In this document: piece by piece, positions 60,304 to 64,000 of the stretch
Layout: every line of letters begins with the position of its first letter
Numbering within the stretch: position 1 is the first letter of the stretch
Source of the DNA: Macrostomum lignano
Taxonomy: Eukaryota
Direction: 5' to 3'
Assembly (NCBI GenBank): GCA_002269645.1
Contig: NIVC01002032.1
Span: forward strand, 1 to 64,000
Length of the DNA: 64,000 nt
The notes under the pieces: model-generated
What the model saw: only the letters and a program-made list of their open reading frames with translations
Databases searched by the model: none
Told to the model about the DNA's origin: nothing
Translations under genes and position numbers: made by a program

Positions 60304-63300
60304 GCAGACCAAAACTTAGAGCAACAAACAGGCGAGGATAGCGAAGTTAGTAAGGAATGGATTGAGTAAGTACTCATTTTCTAGACCTAAATTCTTACTT
60401 AAAGTTCATAAAGTTCTATCAAATTATTTCAACATAATGGCCTTTGGTATAGATGGCAGTAACTTTAAGATTTAGTAAATGCCTAGATCTAAAAAATAAG
60501 ACGTAGCTAGTACTAATAGCTAGATGTAGTGCATGTATGAATTCGGGTACAGCAGTCTATTTTGATCTACACTTTCTACTTCACAAAATAATCTAACAGG
60601 CTTCAACTAAACCTGAAGCGTCAGCTGAAATTAATCAACGAGTTGCCATGGCAACAAGCCAGACGCTTAGTCAGCCACTGTCCATCCGCCAGTGAACTGA
60701 ACAACCCCAGCTTTGTCCTGCCCGATGGGCGTCAATCACTGCCTGCGGCTAGTGGCCGGCGCCGATCTGTCATTCGTCAAAGGCGACTCAGAGACCGCCT
60801 GCGCCAGTTTAGTAGTGCTCAGCCTGCCCAATCTCAGCCCGGTGCACAAAATCTGTCGCCAAGTCAAAGTCTCGCATCCATACGTGCTAGGATTTCTCAG
60901 CTTCCGCGAGGCGCCCCCGTTGCTTGAACTGTTGGACGAGCTGCGCGCTACAAAGCCGGAGCTGATGCCGCAGGCTCTTCTACTTGACGGCAATGGCACC
61001 TTGCACCCGCGCGGATTCGGTTTGGCCTGCCACGTTGGCGTGCTGGCCGGCCTACCGACTGTGGGCGCGGCTAAGAGCTTCTTCCATGTTGACGGGCTCG
61101 ACCAGAAGCAGGTGCGAAAGCTGGTTAAGGAGGCCGGCAACAGGTTAGTGGCGTAGTTGGAATCGATAAATTGTCAGAGTTTCACTATTCACCGCCGATC
61201 CCAAACCTTACACAACGTTGAAAAAAAACGTCACGATGACAAGACTCACTGTCACTAGTGCCTCTAGCGCAGTCGCAGGGGTTGGCAAACTTCGGTCCGC
61301 GGCACACATGCGGCCTGCAGAGCCTCTCTATCCGGCCCTCGGGTCCTTTGAAACTTCACGATAGCAATCCGGCCCGCTCAGGGTTTGTGTCTCTCCTTGG
61401 CTCTCTTTTCTCTAATCACCTCTTTTTTTCTTATCTCTTCTCCTCCTCTCTTGTCTCATCTCTTCTCTCCTCTCCTCTCCTCTACTGTCTCCTTTTTTCT
61501 TTGCTGTCTCGTCACTCCTCTCCTCTCTTCTCCCTTCTCTTCTCTCCTCTCTCCACTCCTCTCCTCTCCTCTACTGTCTCCTTTCTCCTCTGCTGTCTCC
61601 TCTCTCTTCTCTCCTCTCTTCTCGCTTCTTTTTTCTCTTCTCTTCTCTCCTGTCTCCTCTCTTCACTCTCCTCTTCTGTCTCTTCTCTCCTCTTCCCCTC
61701 TCCTTTCCTCTTCTCTCTCCTGACTCCTGTCCTCTCCTTTCATCTCGTCTCATTTTTTCCTCGCCTCTCCTTTCTTCTATCTTCCCTATTCCCTCTCCTT
61801 TCCCCTCCTCTGACCCGCAGTCATGCTCTAGGTTCTCTATCTGGTCCTCGAGGTAAAAACAGTTTGCTGGCCCCTGCTCTACCGACTCTGGAGTGGCTCT
61901 TGTGACTTTGTTTAACGACTCAAACTTCTATAATTCCATTGTCCAAGAGTCGTTAGTGTTAGCGCTCAAATTTCTTCTAATTTAAGTAGGCTAAATAGAG
62001 TTGTTATAAATGCGAAATGCGATTCTAATTTGTAAAGTGACGCAGATGCGCTTCAGACGCAACTCGGTGATTCTGCAGCGTGTCTGGCACGCCCCCTAAG
62101 CTTTTACAACACCCTAACCATACTTATAAACCCCATCCTAAGCCCTTTAGCTGGGTTTTAAGCGTGAGAATTGCACTGTTATTCGGTATACGGTGTCCAA
62201 CTTCTGGATGTTAAAATTTAAACTTGATTTCATGACACACGCTATGATCGGAACAAGTTGGCACATTGTTTCTCGGAGAAGTTTTGAAGGCCTTTTCTCA
62301 AGATGAGTTCCAAGGTCCCAAATTGCTCAAAATGAGTTCTAACATCCCAAATTGCTCAAAATGAGTTCTAACATCCCAAACTGCTCAAGATGAGTCTTAA
62401 AATCCTAAATTGCGAGCCAGATGAGTTCCGAGATCCCAAACTTCTCAAGATGACTCTTAAAATCCCAAACTGCTCAAGATGAGTCTTCAAATCCCAAATT
62501 GCTAGCAAGATGAGTTCCGGGATCCCAAACTGCTCAAGATGAGTCTTAAAATCCCAAACTGCTCAAGATGAGTCTTCAAATCCCAAACTGCTCAAGATGA
62601 GTCTTCAAATCCCAAATTGCGAGCAAGATGAGTTCCTAGATCCCAAACTGCTCAAGATGAGTCTTAAAATCCCAAATTGCGAGCAAGATGAGTTCCTAGA
62701 TCCCAAACTGCTCAAGACGTGTCTTCAAATCCCAAATTGCGAGCAAGATGAGTTCCTAGATCCCAAACTGCTCAAGACGTGTCTTAAAATCCCAAACTGC
62801 TCAAGATGAGTCTTCAAATCCCAAACTGCTCAAGATGAGTCTTCAAATCCCAAATTGCGAGCAAGATGAGTTCCTAGATCCCAAACTGCTCAAGATGAGT
62901 CTTAAAATCCCAAATTGCGAGCAAGATGAGTTCCTAGATCCCAAACTGCTCAAGACGTGTCTTAGTCAAGATGAGTCAAATCCCAAACTGCTCAAGATGA
63001 GTCTTCAAATCCCAAATTGCGAGCAAGATGAGTTCCTAGATCCCAAACTGCTCAAGATGAGTCTTAAAATCCCAAATTGCGAGCAAGATGAGTTCCTAGA
63101 TCCCAAACTGCTCAAGATGAGTCTTCAAATCCCAAATTGCGAGCAAGATGAGTCTTCAAATCCCAAACTGCTCAAGATGAGTCTTAAAATCCCAAATTGC
63201 GAGCAAGATGAGTTCTAAGATCCCAAATAGCCCATAAAAGTCTCAGAATCCCAAGAAGATGGCCAAGTTATAAATAAGTAAATGCTCGTATCAATGATAC

Positions 63301-63558
63301 AATAACTTTCGTGCTCATTTGCACCTCAGAGACTACTATATCAAGGGCGAGAGCGGTGCCGTGATTGGCTGCGCCCACGTGCCCGACGTATCAGTAAAAA
63401 ACCCGGTGTACATCAGCTGCGGTCACATGATCTCCCTGTCAACCGCGGTCTGGCTTGTCGGCCACTGCTGCCGTTATCGGGTGCCCGAGCCGACCAGGTT
63501 GGCCGACTTCGAATCGAGGGAGTTTCTTAGACAAGAATCGGCCGCGTCCAAGACTTAA
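60304..63558 (+). CDS. ENDOV: Endonuclease V (inosine-specific nuclease). Exons 60304-60365, 60600-61143, 63330-63558. Frameshifted at about 60739-60746 in this sequence (null allele, decaying copy or consensus error)
   Basis: EWIELQLNLKRQL..PWQ, LRLVAGADLSFVKGD..ACASLVVLS, YVLGFLSFREAP, LLLDGNGTLHPRGFGLACHVGV, VGAAKS, PVYISCGH, CCRYRVPEPTRLAD. The joined length of 835 nt becomes in frame (831) on removing one CTGC copy. Confidence 0.9.
61276..61876 (+). mobile_element. hAT-Charlie-like MITE containing a CT-rich tract, in ENDOV intron 2
   Basis: Ends CAGGGGTTGGCAAACT and AGTTTGCTGGCCCCTG (16-bp TIR, 3 mismatches). Charlie-like subterminal GCGGCC/CCGGCCC motifs. Candidate TSD CTCTAGCG (61262-69) / CTCTACCG (61877-84), with 6 extra nt at the left end. 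Confidence 0.75.
62320..63225. repeat. Compound 29/30-bp minisatellite (ATCCCAAACTGCTCAAGATGAGTCTT...) in ENDOV intron 2
   Basis: Direct reading. Two unit types alternate in a higher-order pattern. Confidence 0.95.
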
Positions 63559-64000
63559 AGAGGCTGTGCATGATTATTAATCAGCTAAAAAATTGTCGCT
63601 TTAAGTACACTACAAAAATCTGTGATAATTGTGTGTTTCTTGGTTGATTTTATAACATATTTTCTTTGTTTGTAGCCTTGTGTGTCTTAAGATGCTTTTT
63701 TGTATCAATATTTTATTATTAAACAAGCTGTTGAAACCCGCGGATTTTGAACCCGGGGAATTCCAATACCCGGAACTACTTTTGCATGTATTCTGAAATC
63801 TAAGGCCATACACAAACAAAAACTTGTTAATAGTTAGTAGGATAGAGGTAGACATAAAATGGAGCACATTCGTGTAAAATTAGGGTTTGAGACATTGTTG
63901 GCTGGGGTACTGCGCAGAATGTCAGGCAATGTCTGTCTGACTCTAAAACATATATTGCTAAACTCTGGCCTCTCCCTGACTCTCCCTACGTCCCTTGGAT

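Noticed and set aside
60692-60710. 19-nt GT-AG mini-intron that would restore the ENDOV frame
   Set aside because: Far shorter than any other intron here. The 4-bp duplication explains the shift more simply. Not formally excluded.

Overview
Eukaryotic (metazoan) genomic window. The GC-rich, homopeptide-rich exons and minisatellite-filled introns resemble a Macrostomum-type flatworm; this is inference, not a database result. By joining splice sites and checking reading frames by hand I reconstructed six spliced genes. Five lie in tandem on the minus strand: NOP2/NSUN1, ZMYND11/BS69, MAP3K1/MEKK1, a small protein with only a calpain-5-type C2 domain, and an orphan class A GPCR. The sixth, ENDOV, is on the plus strand, head-to-head with NOP2. 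It carries an apparent 4-bp frameshift duplication and no convincing genomic start codon. The window also holds three paralogous C/D-box snoRNAs with a U82/SNORD82-like 18S guide, a decayed ankyrin-repeat ORF, a deleted RTE-type LINE, a Merlin/IS1595 transposon derivative, two opposed hAT-Charlie-like MITEs, two tRNA-derived SINEs, several palindromic MITE-like elements, a 3.5-kb (TATC)n tract, and a different minisatellite in almost every intron. The best leads are the snoRNA cluster at the NOP2-ZMYND11 junction, a possible spliced-leader-donated AUG for ENDOV, a local CpG-erased domain, a stop-free 3n intron bounded by a 7-bp direct repeat inside the ZMYND11 PWWP domain, and the protease-less calpain C2 gene. 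All counts are by eye, and repeat boundaries are approximate.
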